Shown here: positions 1 to 13,062 of the stretch, piece by piece
How the letters are laid out: each line of letters starts with the position of its first letter
How positions within the stretch are numbered: the first letter of the stretch is position 1
Assembly: GCA_031763465.1 (NCBI GenBank)
Contig: JARFOE010000013.1
Location: 3,533,121 to 3,579,166 of the forward strand
DNA length: 46,046 nt
Direction: 5' to 3'
Source: Squatina squatina
Taxonomy: Eukaryota
Made by a program: the position numbers and the translations under genes
Notes under the pieces: generated by a model
Told to the model about the DNA's origin: nothing
Database searches by the model: none
What the model saw: only the letters and a program-made list of their open reading frames with translations

Positions 1-309
1 GCTTGCCTGCTAGCCAGCCTGCCTCTCAAACCGGCCAGCGGCAAGACAGGAAGCTGAGAAAAAAATTCAAATGAGGTAACGACAGGACCTCCACATTCCC
101 CCTATTGCCCAGATTCCCGGCTGCTAATAGTTGCCCCCGCCTCCCGGTAAATACTGGGGTCATCAGATTTCGTTTGTTACAGATTACACCAAAATGCTCC
201 TTTGTGAATAAACATCTATGCTTCCTCTCGTACACCAAAATAAGCACTTAGTTATAAATTACCACATCCAGTTCCTGAGTGAGTTTTACTCTATGTGTCA
301 AGAACTATA

Positions 310-491
310 GGGGTGAAATTGGTCAAAGCCAGCAGCTCAAGACTGGCTGGTAGTGAATTGGCAGCACATTTTACACCACAGACAACTTTCTTTTTCATTG
401 AAGTCATTTCAGGGAAGAAAACCGGTATAAGATCTGCCGCTGATTTGCTGTCAGCTCATTGCACGCTACTGGCGGTTACCAATTTCACCAC
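310..491. mobile_element. 182-bp MITE (PIF/Harbinger-like non-autonomous element)
   Basis: Terminal inverted repeats GGGGTGAAATTGGT (310-323) and ACCAATTTCACCAC (478-491), 13/14 match, with partial extension inward; flanks ATA / TTA, close to the 3-bp TWA target site of Harbinger elements; no ORF. Confidence 0.7.
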
Positions 492-1022
492 TTATGTCTT
501 TTTCTAGTTTGCAATGCATCTGTTGTCCCTTGAGAATGACAAAATAAAAATTTGCTTGAACCTTTAGAAGTAAGGACTTCCTTGACAACAAAGATAAATG
601 AAGGCTATTGGCACTGTCTTAATTTGTTTCTCTTATCCAATATAATCCATTTAGTGGGGCTAGTATTGACCAAACAAAACGAATTGTTTGGATTACAACC
701 CTGCATCTCATGAAATAGTATGATATTATTGAAGCTTGATACCTGTGTTGGGATGTTTATGACAAAAGGGTTGATTTGAACTCCCAGCGGAAAGTTGGTG
801 AGAGTAGATGGCAATCCTGCGTGAGTTTGTGAGTTGGAATCCAGCAGGTTTTAACTGGCAGGCCTTATTTGAATCTTATTGCTCACCTGCTTGGCTGTTC
901 TGGCAGAAAGCAGCAACTGGCTAGCAGGAAAGGCCGAAAATGCATAAGAAGAAGTCAGCCAGCAGCAAGGTAAGGCTGTTGGGGAGTGGGGATGGAGTTC
1001 TGAGGATCTTGTGGCTGGTGAG

Positions 1023-1042
1023 TAGGGTGACCAGACGTCCCG
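1023..1042 (+). mobile_element. Terminus of a hAT (Blackjack-like) DNA transposon, cut by an assembly gap
   Basis: TAGGGTGACCAGACGTCCCG resembles the TAGGGTGACCA..GTCCCG ends of hAT-Blackjack elements; only 20 bp are visible before the N run. Confidence 0.5.
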
Positions 1043-3350
1043 NNNNNNNNNNNNNNNNNNNNNNNNNNNNNNNNNNNNNNNNNNNNNNNNNNNNNNNNNN
1101 NNNNNNNNNNNNNNNNNNNNNNNNNNNNNNNNNNNNNNNNNNAACTGCAGTAATTACAAAAGGAAAAGGAACTTAAAAATCTGTGTGAGAGAACCAAGTT
1201 AAATATAATGCTATAATTTAGAAGCTCAGGGTGCTTGCCTTTCCATTGTTTTCACTAAGTGTGAAGAGGAAGGTCCTGACAGTTATGAATGGTGGAATGG
1301 ATTGAGAGCCAAGGGCCTCAAAAAGAACTTTTGCTGTCAGACCAATTCATAAGTATCTCAACATGATATAGTCTCAGGCCAGATGATGTTGGCAAGATCA
1401 GAATTAAAATAAGCATCATCACATTTTTTAAACTTGAGAATTTTCTTACTTTAGGAGGTTTTCTAATTGCCATAATAAATTAGAAACATTTAATTAACAA
1501 ATCCAGGAGTCACAGAGGGCCAGCTGATGAGACTTGTTAGTACAACATAGATCAATTTGGTGTCTAGATCCACGAGATATTCTAGTGGGAGATTCTACAC
1601 ATTGATTGTACTGGAATTGATTTAAGACAATTGTGAACTCTGTGGGATTCACCAAACTAGTTCAGATTAAAATCACCCAAATGAATCTATTTACTATTCA
1701 GAGAAGGAGAAAGGTTCATATGAGCGTAATGTGCAATATTTAGCAATGGTGGCCTTTTTCACATTTCTGTTTACTATTAGCTGCCAGTTTTCTTTCAACA
1801 ATAAATACACTGCAAGGTTAATTATGGAAAACTGTGTTGTACAACATATATAGTTTAATTAAATTCCATAGTTAAAAATACATTTCCTAAAATNNNNNNN
1901 NNNNNNNNNNNNNNNNNNNNNNNNNNNNNNNNNNNNNNNNNNNNNNNNNNNNNNNNNNNNNNNNNNNNNNNNNNNNNNNNNNNNNNNNNNNNNATGAAAA
2001 TCTGTCCCTGTGAGCGGCAAAGTGAAAGAAAAGGTTAACAAAAATCTTGCATTGTTAAGCAAAATCTGCTCTTGTGGTGATGCAGGTTTAAAAAAAATGT
2101 TTTAATTACATTTTATCCACCAGTCCCTCCAGCACAATCAAGGTAGATAAGTAGGAGGGGAGACCATTGCATGGAGTGCTTGTTGCTCATGCAACCTGTT
2201 TAAAAGATTTTTTTTTAAGTTCTGGTATCGAGTACAGTTGTCCATTTTCTTCCCGTATCTCCAAGATGTGAATGGCTTAAAACTATAAGTGCATGGTTAG
2301 GAAACCAGAAAGTACTCTACCCTTGAAAGCCAATTCAGTATACTGTGTTAGTCTGTGTCTTTTTGATGACAGCTCCTTATAAAATAGTTAAACGCTGATT
2401 GTGCCACGACCCTTTTCTCAGACATGGGACAAGTGGTAGCTGATCAATAGTAACTGCATATAAAATTGCCTGCTAAACAGCCTGTCTGATATTGCTGCTG
2501 ATTCTAGAATGTTGTGTATGAATAACATTAATTACTGGCTGATCAATGCAAGTGGAATGAATTATTTAAATGAATGTGCCACAAAATATTTTCCCTTTCA
2601 AATTCTGTGAGAAAACTACCAGCGTTTGCATTCATGTGTGTCATTCATGTGGCTATTCAGTTTTTTTGCAAATTAACTCACGATAATCTTCCTGCAGGCA
2701 ATAAAGTGAGCCCTTGTCCCTTATATTATACTATCCAAAACCATTTTCACGCTTGCCCCTAATCGGACCGAAAGGGTTAGGTATTGCTATTGGGGATTGG
2801 AGTTATNNNNNNNNNNCTTCAACTGCTATGGAAATCCTCCTTTAAAGTCGATTTGGGATTAATTGGTTTTTTTCCCCCTCCTTTTTAGTGTCTCCAGGAG
2901 ACAGTCAACCGCTGGTCAAGCAATCTGCTCTTAGGTCAGGGCAATGGCATGCTATGATTATACACGCTAAAGTGGAAAAGTAGTAAAAACTAATCAACAA
3001 CTTCAAAATAACTGATATAGCCACCTCAAGAAAGGTCCTGATTCTAAACCTTTGAAACCTATGAAAACAAGTAATTACATGGGTTTTGAAGCTGTAGGTC
3101 CAGACAATGTCCCTTCATTATAGAAGAGGAAAAGTAAACCTAAGTACATGGAAGCCCAAAGGGGGACTCCAAGGGTGCCCAATTGGCATTTTTATAGCTA
3201 GTGGCTATATGGGGCCAATAGGTGTAATCTTAGCACCCTAATAGAGCTGTNNNNNNNNNNNNNNNNNNNNNNNNNNNNNNNNNNNNNNNNNNNNNNNNNN
3301 NNNNNNNNNNNNNNNNNNNNNNNNNNNNNNNNNNNNNNNNNNNNNNNNNN

Positions 3351-3593
3351 CCCACTGTGCTACAGCCTGCTAGGGCCCGGTGCAGACCTGTGCCCTGACC
3401 TCTATGGACCGCATGGTGCCACTATCTGAGCTGGTGTGTGCGGGGGACGTATGCAATGACACGGTGCCTTGCTCTTCCAGCTCTTCTGTCTCCTCCTCCT
3501 CTTCGTGCAGCTCCTCCTCCTCCTCAAGTGGAGTGCCATCGTCGGAGTCGGCAGTACTTGCAGGGACAGCCAGGTCAGGTGATGAAAGGTTGT
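3351..3593 (-). pseudogene. Harbinger Myb/SANT gene A, exon 3 (acidic region, partial)
   Basis: NLSSPDLAVPASTADSDDGTPLEEEEELHEEEEETEELEEQGTVSLHTSPAHTSSDSGTMRSIEVRAQVCTGP; parallels exon 3 of gene B (TSTSRSVEVR...GPSR); presumed acceptor reads GG instead of AG. Confidence 0.6.
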
Positions 3594-3639
3594 CCAAAAG
3601 CATGAATGGAACAACACATTATTACAAGAGTTTGTGGTC

Positions 3640-4360
3640 CCCCCCAGGTGGATATGATGTTTGCACACACCCGTAGAGACCCCGCAAGTTCCGAGTCTAG
3701 GGCTGCACTGCGCATGCCCATAAATCCGGAACTTGCGATCTGGCAAGATTTGTCTCGACAGATCATCCACTTGGACTTCAAAAGAGCTTTCCTGGGTGGA
3801 AAGTTGCACTATTTGCCCAACTCTTGTACATAGAAAGCTCTTTACTTTCTTATGCATGGTAAAAACAAGCATACATGCTTACTTTTATCAGCGCAAGAGT
3901 TTTTAAAAATATAAAAATAAATCAAATTACTAGAACATTGTTTAAAAACCATATCCATTAAGGTAAGTATATTTTTATACATTTTAAAGGATTAAAAAAA
4001 AATCAACATTTTTTTCTATTATTTATCTGATTATATATAATTTGATTAAATTTTAATGTTTAAGTGGTTTATGAAATGTATTTTTATGTAATTGTGCAGC
4101 TTATAGTATCGCCCATTCATACTTCTACAAATCTCCGTAATGGTGGGAGATCTGCAGAAGTATGAATGGGAGATACTCCTACCTGATTGGTTGGGGCTTC
4201 CCACGTGATCTCACTGGTGTATGTGAACTGCATACGCTGGAGAGATCCCTGGGCCACTCCTTCTTTGCTCCTGTGGAGGCCCAGGAACCTCCCGGGCCAC
4301 CAAGTAAATTTGTGAGCATCTTTCCGGTCGGAGGCCTGCGTCTGCGGGAATTTCAGCCGC
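3640..4360. mobile_element. Non-autonomous element nested in intron 2 of Myb gene A
   Basis: GC-rich flanks around a very AT-rich core (~3900-4090); internal inverted repeat GCAAGTTCCG...CGGAACTTGC; right end GGGAATTTCAGCC resembles the GGGNNGAAATT TIR family seen elsewhere in the window; left TIR not found. Confidence 0.45.
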
Positions 4361-4493
4361 CTTGATTAAGGTGGGGGGTACCGGGGGGAGGGCGCAGCAG
4401 CAGTGCAATGAATACAGCCATAAGGAGCATATAGTACAATACAAGGAGTAAGCTTCAGCATGGAACGTTTAAGCCAGTAGGGCATGCAAATAC

Positions 4494-4647
4494 TATTGTT
4501 TCCCCCTGTGGGCTGCATGCCACCAGCAGTGACTGGCTACACCACCTGAGGCCCGATGAGGCACAACAATCTGTCTTCCAGTGGGGTTAGATCAGGCTCG
4601 CCTCCTCCATTCTACTACTGCTCCATCGGGTTCTGGGCAACCTTGCG
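4494..4647 (-). pseudogene. Harbinger Myb/SANT gene A, exon 2
   Basis: Acceptor cttttgtcttcttctgcag; RKVAQNPMEQ**NGGGEPDLTPLEDRLLCLIGPQVV*PVTAGGMQPTGGNN; contains the (T/N)GGG...L(T/S)P.E motif that follows this domain; three stops. Confidence 0.75.
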
Positions 4648-4844
4648 CTGCAGAAGAAGACAAAAGAAGCACGCCTGACATAGGATGCCACAATGTATGG
4701 CCTGGCCTTCAGAGTGCTGAATGTGGCAAAGGTGCACTAAAAGCAGGCCAAGCATTTACAGTGCAACCTGAAGCCATTGTGGCCTCACTGGCGCATTGCA
4801 TAGGGAGCAGTGTATAGGAAGGCTCAGCACCAAGGCTTGCTTAC

Positions 4845-5087
4845 TTTAACAGCTCGAATTAAGCCATTTAATTTCTTACGGCATTGAGAGGATGTCCAGT
4901 TGAGACCATCGATGGTCGAAACCTCCCGGGCAACCTCGGCCCACAGTACCCTCATTATATGGGGTACCATCCTTCACCCCATCGGCATGAAGCACTGTGC
5001 CCACAGAGCCTCAACCGATGCCACCAGCGTCTCCAATCCTCGCTCTGTGAAATGCCTGGCCCTCTGTGCTAGAGCTGTAGCAGCCAT
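4845..5087 (-). pseudogene. Harbinger Myb/SANT (trihelix, MSANTD/NAIF1-like) gene A, exon 1
   Basis: MAATALAQRARHFTERGLETLVASVEALWAQCFMPMG*RMVPHIMRVLWAEVAREVSTIDGLNWTSSQCRKKLNGLIRAVK then donor GTAAGC; F..E.L / W..VA / QCRKK.N.L pattern of the Myb/SANT-like DNA-binding domain; one in-frame TGA. Confidence 0.85.
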
Positions 5088-8000
5088 CACACAGCTTCCA
5101 GACAACACACACAGCAGAAAATGAGGCTGTACATTTTCTTTAAGGGCTGGAGTGGTCTGGAAAATGATTAGCGCCAAATACAAGGCTTGTGGAATTGGTC
5201 AAGACTACCTCTCCCTGTTAGAGCCACAGCTGAGCTGATTAACACCCCTATTAAGCCCCATTAGCACCACTGCTGAATTTTATTTCTAAGAGACCAATGC
5301 CTCATTATTTTGTAGGACCCTGAAACTGATGCCTACAAATCCTTTTTTCACCAGCTAACGCTGCTAGTGTGATGCTAACCAATGGGGGCCCTTGAATTTT
5401 TTAAAAGCTGGGAATCATTAGTGCTAATGATTCCCAGCTTTCAAAAGTTAGCGGTATTGGGGCGCTCCTGAATTTCTCCCCTAAGTCTTTCCAGCTTCCT
5501 TCCCCCACCGCCATTTTCACAACACGTGCATTTTCACATTCTCTCCATAGCTGGTATCCTAAGTGTGATGCTTGTCAGCAATAAACCTATGCTCAATGCT
5601 TTGCCTAATCTGTGTTCACTGATCGGACAGAGACAAGTATGTAGCACAAGATTGCTATTTACAAACCCAAGGTTTATGTTGCTAGGGCACAACTAAGTTA
5701 TTAGTGCTCCAGTATGGCCTGATCAGCCTTAGTCATTGTTTGACTCCTTCACGCAATTTTGCAGAAGTACCATAAAAGAATTTAAAATCTGCAATATTTT
5801 TGAGGATTTACACTGAAACAAGTATAGTTAAATTTAACCAAATTATTTGTAAGGTTTGAAAATGATCTTGTTTAAAAACTATCATTGCAAATAAAGCATT
5901 AAAATCTAAAATGACTTTGAGAAGTCATTGGGAATGTACAAGCTGTGCAGTTATAATGGCTTTATAATCATTGCCGTGGAAGTAATTACATTTTCAAAAA
6001 TGTCATAATAAATTTTCCAGCAATATCTGAGTCATGAGTATTTCATAATCACGTTAGTGAGCTGACCAGCTGTTCTATATATTTCATTGTCAAATGAATA
6101 ATAAATACAACTTTCTATAATACCGATCCACTTTCACCTTTTGACTGCACTTGGCTCATATGGGTGATTTATTTTATCAGGCATTCCAACTGAAGTCAAG
6201 ACTGTTTAAAATCCATGGCTAAGTTGCATACATTTTCATCGATTATTTTTAATATTTAATTTTCCAAGTATGATGCTAAGCAGACCAGGAAAATATGTCT
6301 TAATCTTTCTCTCAGCCATCTCACCAGAAAAATAGCTATTGAAAAGAAAGGTTTTATTTCTGGTGTGTGTGTTTGCGTATCAGGGAAAAAATGATAATGT
6401 AGTGTAACTAACCATTCTCTACTTTGCAGTACCAACGTATGGGAAAGCATGTCAAAGGGCTGTGAGCAATATATGGGTACTTCTAATAAAGCCACGCATC
6501 AAACTGTGCATTCTAAGGATATGGGTAACACCTCAAGGAACTTCAAGATGCTATTGGGTCAATTCAAATCACTATANNNNNNNNNNNNNNNNNNNNNNNN
6601 NNNNNNNNNNNNNNNNNNNNNNNNNNNNNNNNNNNNNNNNNNNNNNNNNNNNNNNNNNNNNNNNNNNNNNNNNNNNTAGAAAAAACGAACACAAAAGTAA
6701 CCATTCTATGATTCTATTCTATTCTAGTTCATTTTCCTGCAGCAAAGTGAACAGAGGGAATGTAACCCCTGTAACGGAGAATGGATCAAACTCTGAAATG
6801 TGTGGTGTTCCTGTTATGAAAGTGTTCTGTTAAAGCTAGTAAATGACAGACCTATCCCACCCCCATTATAAACCATCTGTGTTTGTTCCAGACATATTCA
6901 GGCCACCAGTTTAAATGCTTCTGGTGCATGGCTCACTCTGCATTTTGTATATATTATTGTTGAAACCTGATTTTTTTTTTTACCTGCTCCCATTTAGCAG
7001 TTGATATTTTGATTGTTGCCAGTGGGTGAACAATTAATATGAGATGGACACAAATGGCTCAGTCACATCACTTAACCCTAATTGATGTATTACTTCTCAG
7101 CAAAGCCCCAGGTGTCTCAGAACAAGCCTTGTGTTCGGCTGCAAACATTAGGACAAAAATTGATCTCGAGTTAGAGATCTCAGTGAAATGCAGATGTTTG
7201 AGAATAGGATTCATTGTCACGAGGGACTGAGTGGTGCACTGGGTTAGTACACTCTCCTTTCATTTCTGTGATCTGGGTTTGAATTTAATTAAAAACTGAT
7301 GGGATGAGAGTCCCCTCTCTCTGTAAGATGAGATGTTTTTAGATAGCCTCAGCTGAGTTCTGAATAAGCATAGGTCTACAGTTTGGCAATCTTTCTCAGN
7401 NNNNNNNNNNNNNNNNNNNNNNNNNNNNNNNNNNNNNNNNNNNNNNNNNNNNNNNNNNNNNNNNNNNNNNNNNNNNNNNNNNNNNNNNNNNNNNNNNNNC
7501 CTGAGACATTGCATAAAGTCAAAACCCACTCCCAGTACATAACAATCCTCAATGACTTTAAAGTGTCAAAGGTCACTTATGGTTACATAATAAAAACAAC
7601 ATGGCTCCCGAATACACAGAGGCTTGACTTTGAGCCAGTTTGGTTGGGATTCAGAAGGAAAGTTATAGATTCTTGCCTCTGCTCTTAATCCTCGTCCATT
7701 AGTTCATTGTTTCAATTTTTGCTTTTAAATAAATTGTATAAAAACAATACTTCAAATTCTTTGAAGTCAATTGCACATTTTCCCAGTCTTGATGAAGTTC
7801 ACAGTCTTCTTGGAGGTACTTAGTGAGAGCTGAGCTACGTGGAAGTTTTACTCATAAAGTTGTTTCATTTCGAGAGGGGGAAACAACATGTATGTTCCAG
7901 TGAACAGGAGGAACAAGGGACGGTGAGATTTGTTTACGAAAAGAGAGCCTGCTGGAAGTTGAAGGGTGAAGGATGAGAAGGCAAATAATTTGGAAGCTGC

Positions 8001-11000
8001 TGAGTTAACTAGAGAAGCAACAAAAACGGTAAACAGGAAATAAATTTATTTTACAGTCACAGGACAATTTGGCTTGCATATTTATAATAGCTTACTGATT
8101 TTTGTATTGATTTGTATCACATAAATGCCTGGTATATTTACTTGCTCTTTGCCAGTAAGTACAGTTGGGTCATTTTTTTCCCAAGAATTTATCCTTTATT
8201 ACTTTTACAATATAAATAGCTAAATTCAGCAAGATCAATGCAATTTCCTACATTAAGCATCTGCTGTACTCAAATTTGGATCATTTCTTCATAACGTACC
8301 CTTGAGCTCAGTTAAGTGCTCTTTTTCTCTCTTCTCATACTTTTCTGCTTTTCCTAGCCTGGTTGCTTGTGTATGAGAACGTGCTAAGATCCAACTGGTC
8401 ATGATCAATTTANNNNNNNNNNNNNNNNNNNNNNNNNNNNNNNNNNNNNNNNNNNNNNNNNNNNNNNNNNNNNNNNNNNNNNNNNNNNNNNNNNNNNNNN
8501 NNNNNNNNNNNNCTAATTTCGTGTCTGAGTAATAAGTACTGAAAACGGGCATTAGACCCCGAATGCCCATGTTGCACCATTTAGTGCTAGCGCTGAATGA
8601 CCAATTGGGTGCCCAAAATGCTTAGAAATCATATTTTTAAAAGTAGGTCCCTAAGGTGTAGATCCATGATCTGACCTTCTTCATTGTAGGTTCTTACCAT
8701 GACCACCAGCCCCTGCTCATTCCTGCTCTGTGTATCTGCGTGAATAAGAGATGTTTAGTGCAAACACTGAACGGAGGCTAGTCTGTCTGCTTCCCCTTCC
8801 CCCATTCCCCCGTTAGCCTTTGTGCAAGGGATCTATTGGGCCATCTTAACAAAGAGAGTAAGGGGACAAAAGTTGTTGGGCCTTCTCCCAAGTGGGTTCT
8901 TTCTCACTTGCTATGTGCGGTCCTGCAAACAGAAGGGGTGCGAAACTGAAATTGCAAAGAGGACGTGTTAATTTGCAGCCCACCATGAGTGTGATTACAA
9001 CACTATGTGCCATAAGCTACAGGAAAGCACACATACAAGAGAAGTTAAATCCTACAGGCCAGACTGACCTCCGTGCCTACATTCTCAGTCTATGCTGCCA
9101 ACTTGGTGTAGGGAATGTGAATTCATAAATTCCGCCTTGATATGAATATCTGATTATGGAGAGAATTGAAATACTATAGGGACAATATAAAAATTATTGA
9201 TTTAATGCTTTGCAGAACACTGGTTGCAGTTTACTTGGGACCATGGAAATGTCACCAGATTAATGTGAAGTGTAGATTATAATAGACTGACATTCTTAGT
9301 GTTGTCATCTGGGAGAAACTACATGGAGGTTTACCTTCTTGGAATTTTATATGTTCGTATATTCACCTCAATCAGGAAAATCCATAATGATATTAGTTGT
9401 ATATGGCTCAAGTAGTGGGCTTGGGTGGGTTAAACAGCCTTTCTCGTTTTTATGTTCTTAAAAATGCTAACGTGTGGGTGAGCACATTTTTGCACTTGCC
9501 TGAGTAACAAAAATTCACTTGCAAAAAAAGCACATGCAAAAGGGCAAAACAGTTCAGTTCCATCTGTTTAAATAATTGCACTTCATATGCAGCTTTGATT
9601 AGTAAAGGAATGTAATCATTTTTCACCTGAAGCCTTGTCATTTTTTGTGCTCGGAATGTGTGACTTGATAAAAACAGTGCAGTTTTCTATGTTCAGCAAC
9701 ATCTGCCAAGACATATTGCGGCACAGCCTGCTGAACGCAGTCAGCCCTGGAATGTGGGAGCAGTCAAGTGTGGAATAGAATCTTTTCATTTTCAAGGATT
9801 TTGTTTTTTTCTCCTTGCGAAATGCCAAATGTGTCAAAGCAATCCATCTCTTTGCTGAACTGCAGGCTTGCACTGCTCAGGTCAAGTCTGCTTTTAAAGG
9901 TTAACCTCAAAACTTAAAGGTAACTCAACGAGAAAGTTTAATTCAATTTTGACAAAACAGGCGGTAATTATGGGCCCTATGTTTGGACTATTAGGTTTAA
10001 AGCTTTGTGGGTAATAGCAGTTTTCAATTACTGTCGAACCAGTCCACTGCAATTTGAGTGCCATTGACTCGGCTTGTAGGTTGAGACATCAGAAGTACCA
10101 TTCAGATATATCAGATTAATGAGCAGAAAGATACCAGTTGAATAATGCAAATAAAATTACCGAATATACCAATGATGGTAAAGGGCTAAAAGTGGAAATG
10201 CTGAAGAATATGTTTATGAGTTGGAACTCAGTGCATTGGTTACATGATAGAAAAAGAATAACTCATGCTTGGCCACTGAAACAATCGGCTAGAAATTGAT
10301 TGGCGCCCCGTTGTGGGTGCGCTCGGGGCGGGAGCCGGCATTTCTCTCACTGCCGCCTGCCCCACCCTGGCCTGCCCCTCGCGGAATTCAGCATTNNNNN
10401 NNNNNNNNNNNNNNNNNNNNNNNNNNNNNNNNNNNNNNNNNNNNNNNNNNNNNNNNNNNNNNNNNNNNNNNNNNNNNNNNNNNNNNNNNNNNNNNCACAT
10501 GCAGTATATGGCTGACTGTCATTAACTCACTGCTGTCTGGAGAAGGCAGCCAATCTCCTCTCTGTTCCTTTGAACATGTATTTTTACAGCCTGATAACCT
10601 GAATAAACCTACAGAGGGCAGAAACAGTAGCCGAAAGACATTACCGTTAGTAATTTCAGTCACCAAGGACCTCCTGCTGTCCAGTACTGGTGGTGTGTTG
10701 ATTTGTCTCTGGATCGTCAGGCCATATTTTTGGCCATCTTTTCTTTCAGCACCATCACTGTGCAAGGTGATGGGAAAGTGAAATCCTGGATTTGTATTTG
10801 CATCTCCAAAAAGCTCTGAGCAGTCAGATCAAAGAAAACCATGCCATTAATTCAGTTTCTCTCCAGTACTATAAATGGGCTAGTACACCCTGCTGCTGTT
10901 CAGTGTGTGTGCCTCTGGAGACACAGACCACCCTTTGGTGAGATGGACTGGTTCGCTGCCTCAGGCAAGGTATTGCTGGTGACAATCGTGAATGGCCACC

Positions 11001-11317
11001 AGTGGCTGGATGTGTGGCGGCTTGGGTGTTCGTATTCTGTTCATGGTAATTCTAACAGGCAGTTCCTGATTGGATTTGACATTGCTAGCTGGTACGGATT
11101 TTCCCTCTACTTCAGAAAAAATCTGCGGCCAGAATTGTAAAGTCAAAATGGAGTTTTCGGGTTTTTCACGTACGTTGTGGTATTACCACCATGCCTCAAA
11201 TCCAGACCACTGTGCAAGCCAGATAATTTCAGAACACAGCCAGCTCTACCATTCTGGAGCAACTACTTCTAATGGAAGTGACCCCACAAAGTCAATTAGT
11301 CTCACAAACCTGTAGCT

Positions 11318-11472
11318 AACGTCCCAAAGCGTTTTACAGCCAATGAAGTACGCTCCCTCAATATTACACTGAATTATCAGCTTAGGTTACACGCTCAAGT
11401 CTCTGGAGTCGAACTTGAACCCACAGCCTTCCGACCCAGAGGCGAGTGTACTACCCACTGAGCCAAGGCTGA
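11318..11472 (-). mobile_element. tRNA-derived SINE (Deu/SacSINE-like), internally deleted
   Basis: Minus strand reads TCAGCCTTGGCTCAGTGGGTAG (A box) ... GGGTTCAAGTTC (B box) joined directly to the L2-type tail GTACTTCATTGGCTGTAAAACGCTTTGGGACGTT. Confidence 0.75.
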
Positions 11473-12485
11473 ACAAAATGATCGTCTACACCCAGGATGG
11501 TTAGAAGCTCTTTAAATGCTGACCACCATTAACGCACCCACCATTTGGAATAATATCTTAAATTGTAACGTGATACTGTACAGTTCTTGTCTAAAACTTG
11601 AAACTAGAACATCATAAATGAGGCCCCAGTTATTCTCTGCTTCCCAAAGGCATTCTTTTGTTGAGGCAATGTATTTCCTCCAATGAACCTTTAAAGAAAT
11701 CGTCCCAACAGCAAAACAACAGATACCAGAATGAATCGTAATATTTCCCAATTGGATGTATTATTTAAGCATAAATATAATCACACAGGCTAATCACAAA
11801 GTCTTATTAATTAATGTATAACAGAAAATGAGGTAAGTCATAGGTTCAAGCACAAAATAGACATTTCATGTGTAATAAACTTCTAAATAATTACTTATTG
11901 CATAGTCGGCTGATCATTCTGCTGAGCTATTTAATAAAACCTGAAATTCCACAAGGTTTTTCTCCTGAATAAAATAGCTTCCACTTTACCAGTACTAAGT
12001 CAGTTTCTCTGCACCAACAATAAAACAGATTATTATAGCCCTCAACTCAAGTTATTATAACCCTGAATAAGCTCATTTCCCTTTCTAACTCTTAATAAAA
12101 ATCCACAAATTGGATTTCTGCAATAATATCCTAAGGCTGATAGCTAATTGAACTAGGGGATGTCAACCGTCACATAAATTTAATTGCAGTATCCTTTTTT
12201 TTCCTATTGTCTGCTATAAACTTGTATTAAAAGTCTCAAAATAAATAAGCACAGTGTATCTTGTTTACCTTTCAGGAGTTACTTCAATCTAATAATTTCA
12301 TTTTGAGATTTATTTAGGATTAATGAGGTAGCCCAGTCACTGATATATTGTCCTCTAAATCACTCCAATTGTGTAAAGGTCACTGNNNNNNNNNNNNNNN
12401 NNNNNNNNNNNNNNNNNNNNNNNNNNNNNNNNNNNNNNNNNNNNNNNNNNNNNNNNNNNNNNNNNNNNNNNNNNNNNNNNNNNNN

Positions 12486-13062
12486 CCTGGGTGTAACTGG
12501 GGTGCCACACCAGCAATGTCAGTTGCGCCGCCTCAGGAGCACTGCCAGGCCTCCGTTAAAGGGGAGAGCCGCCAACCATCCTGACGGATCCCCGTGACCC
12601 GCCACTGGGCCACCAGGGATGCCAGCGACCACTCGGTGTGCCAGACAAGGGCATGGTGGCCCAATCTGGCCATGGTCCGCTATCATTCGGTCGACAACAA
12701 AGTCGGGCGATAAATCAAGATGGTGGCCACAGGCACACAGGCCTTCCTCTTTAAGAGGGCCGATGCAGCAACAGGGACCGCCTGGCACTGAGGCCGTGTT
12801 CGGCGGGTGAATTCCGCCCGTGGGACGCAAACGGGCCGCAAAGAGGGTTGCTGCTGCGCAGTGCGGGTCGGCATGCATCTTTATGACGTCACGTGCCGAC
12901 CTGCTGCGAAATCCAGCTGGCCAGACGCAAAGGCCTTTGCGCCCCAGTCGAATTCCCCGGGAGGCGCGATGGCTGCCTCCTGGCACCTTTTTGTCCTGTT
13001 TCGTCCTGTTAGCGCCCCTTGGAGGTGCTAACAGAGTGCAACAGGAGATGAATTTCTAGCCC
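12486..13062. mobile_element. CpG-rich non-autonomous DNA element (one end visible)
   Basis: Abrupt GC/CpG-rich block ending in AATTTCTAGCCC (13051-13062); a matching start CGGCTAGAAATT with GC-rich sequence lies at 10286-10395 on another contig. Confidence 0.5.

Larger units (their letters stand above)
3351..5481 (-). mobile_element. Decayed PIF/Harbinger element A carrying a Myb/SANT gene
   Basis: Right end ...GAATTTCTCCCC (ends 5481) followed by TAA; subterminal palindrome at 5404-5441; three Myb/SANT-gene exons on the minus strand; left end lost in the gap at 3251-3350. Confidence 0.75.

Noticed and set aside
7225-7330. Weak tRNA-like head (A/B-box-like), also at ~25420-25513
   Set aside because: Too degenerate to assign; not a tRNA gene (no cloverleaf), probably old SINE heads.
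7900-8030. Purine-rich segment after ttccag, possible CCDC102B coiled-coil exon
   Set aside because: Stops occur in all three frames.
10496-11315. Several overlapping 60-160 aa ORFs on both strands
   Set aside because: No recognisable domain or consistent splice structure; some are lengthened by N runs.
12519-13059. 155-aa and other ORFs in the GC-rich block, plus a GCCACCATG on the minus strand
   Set aside because: Long ORFs are expected by chance at this GC content; the Kozak ATG opens only a short frame; at most a faint Myb-like trace.
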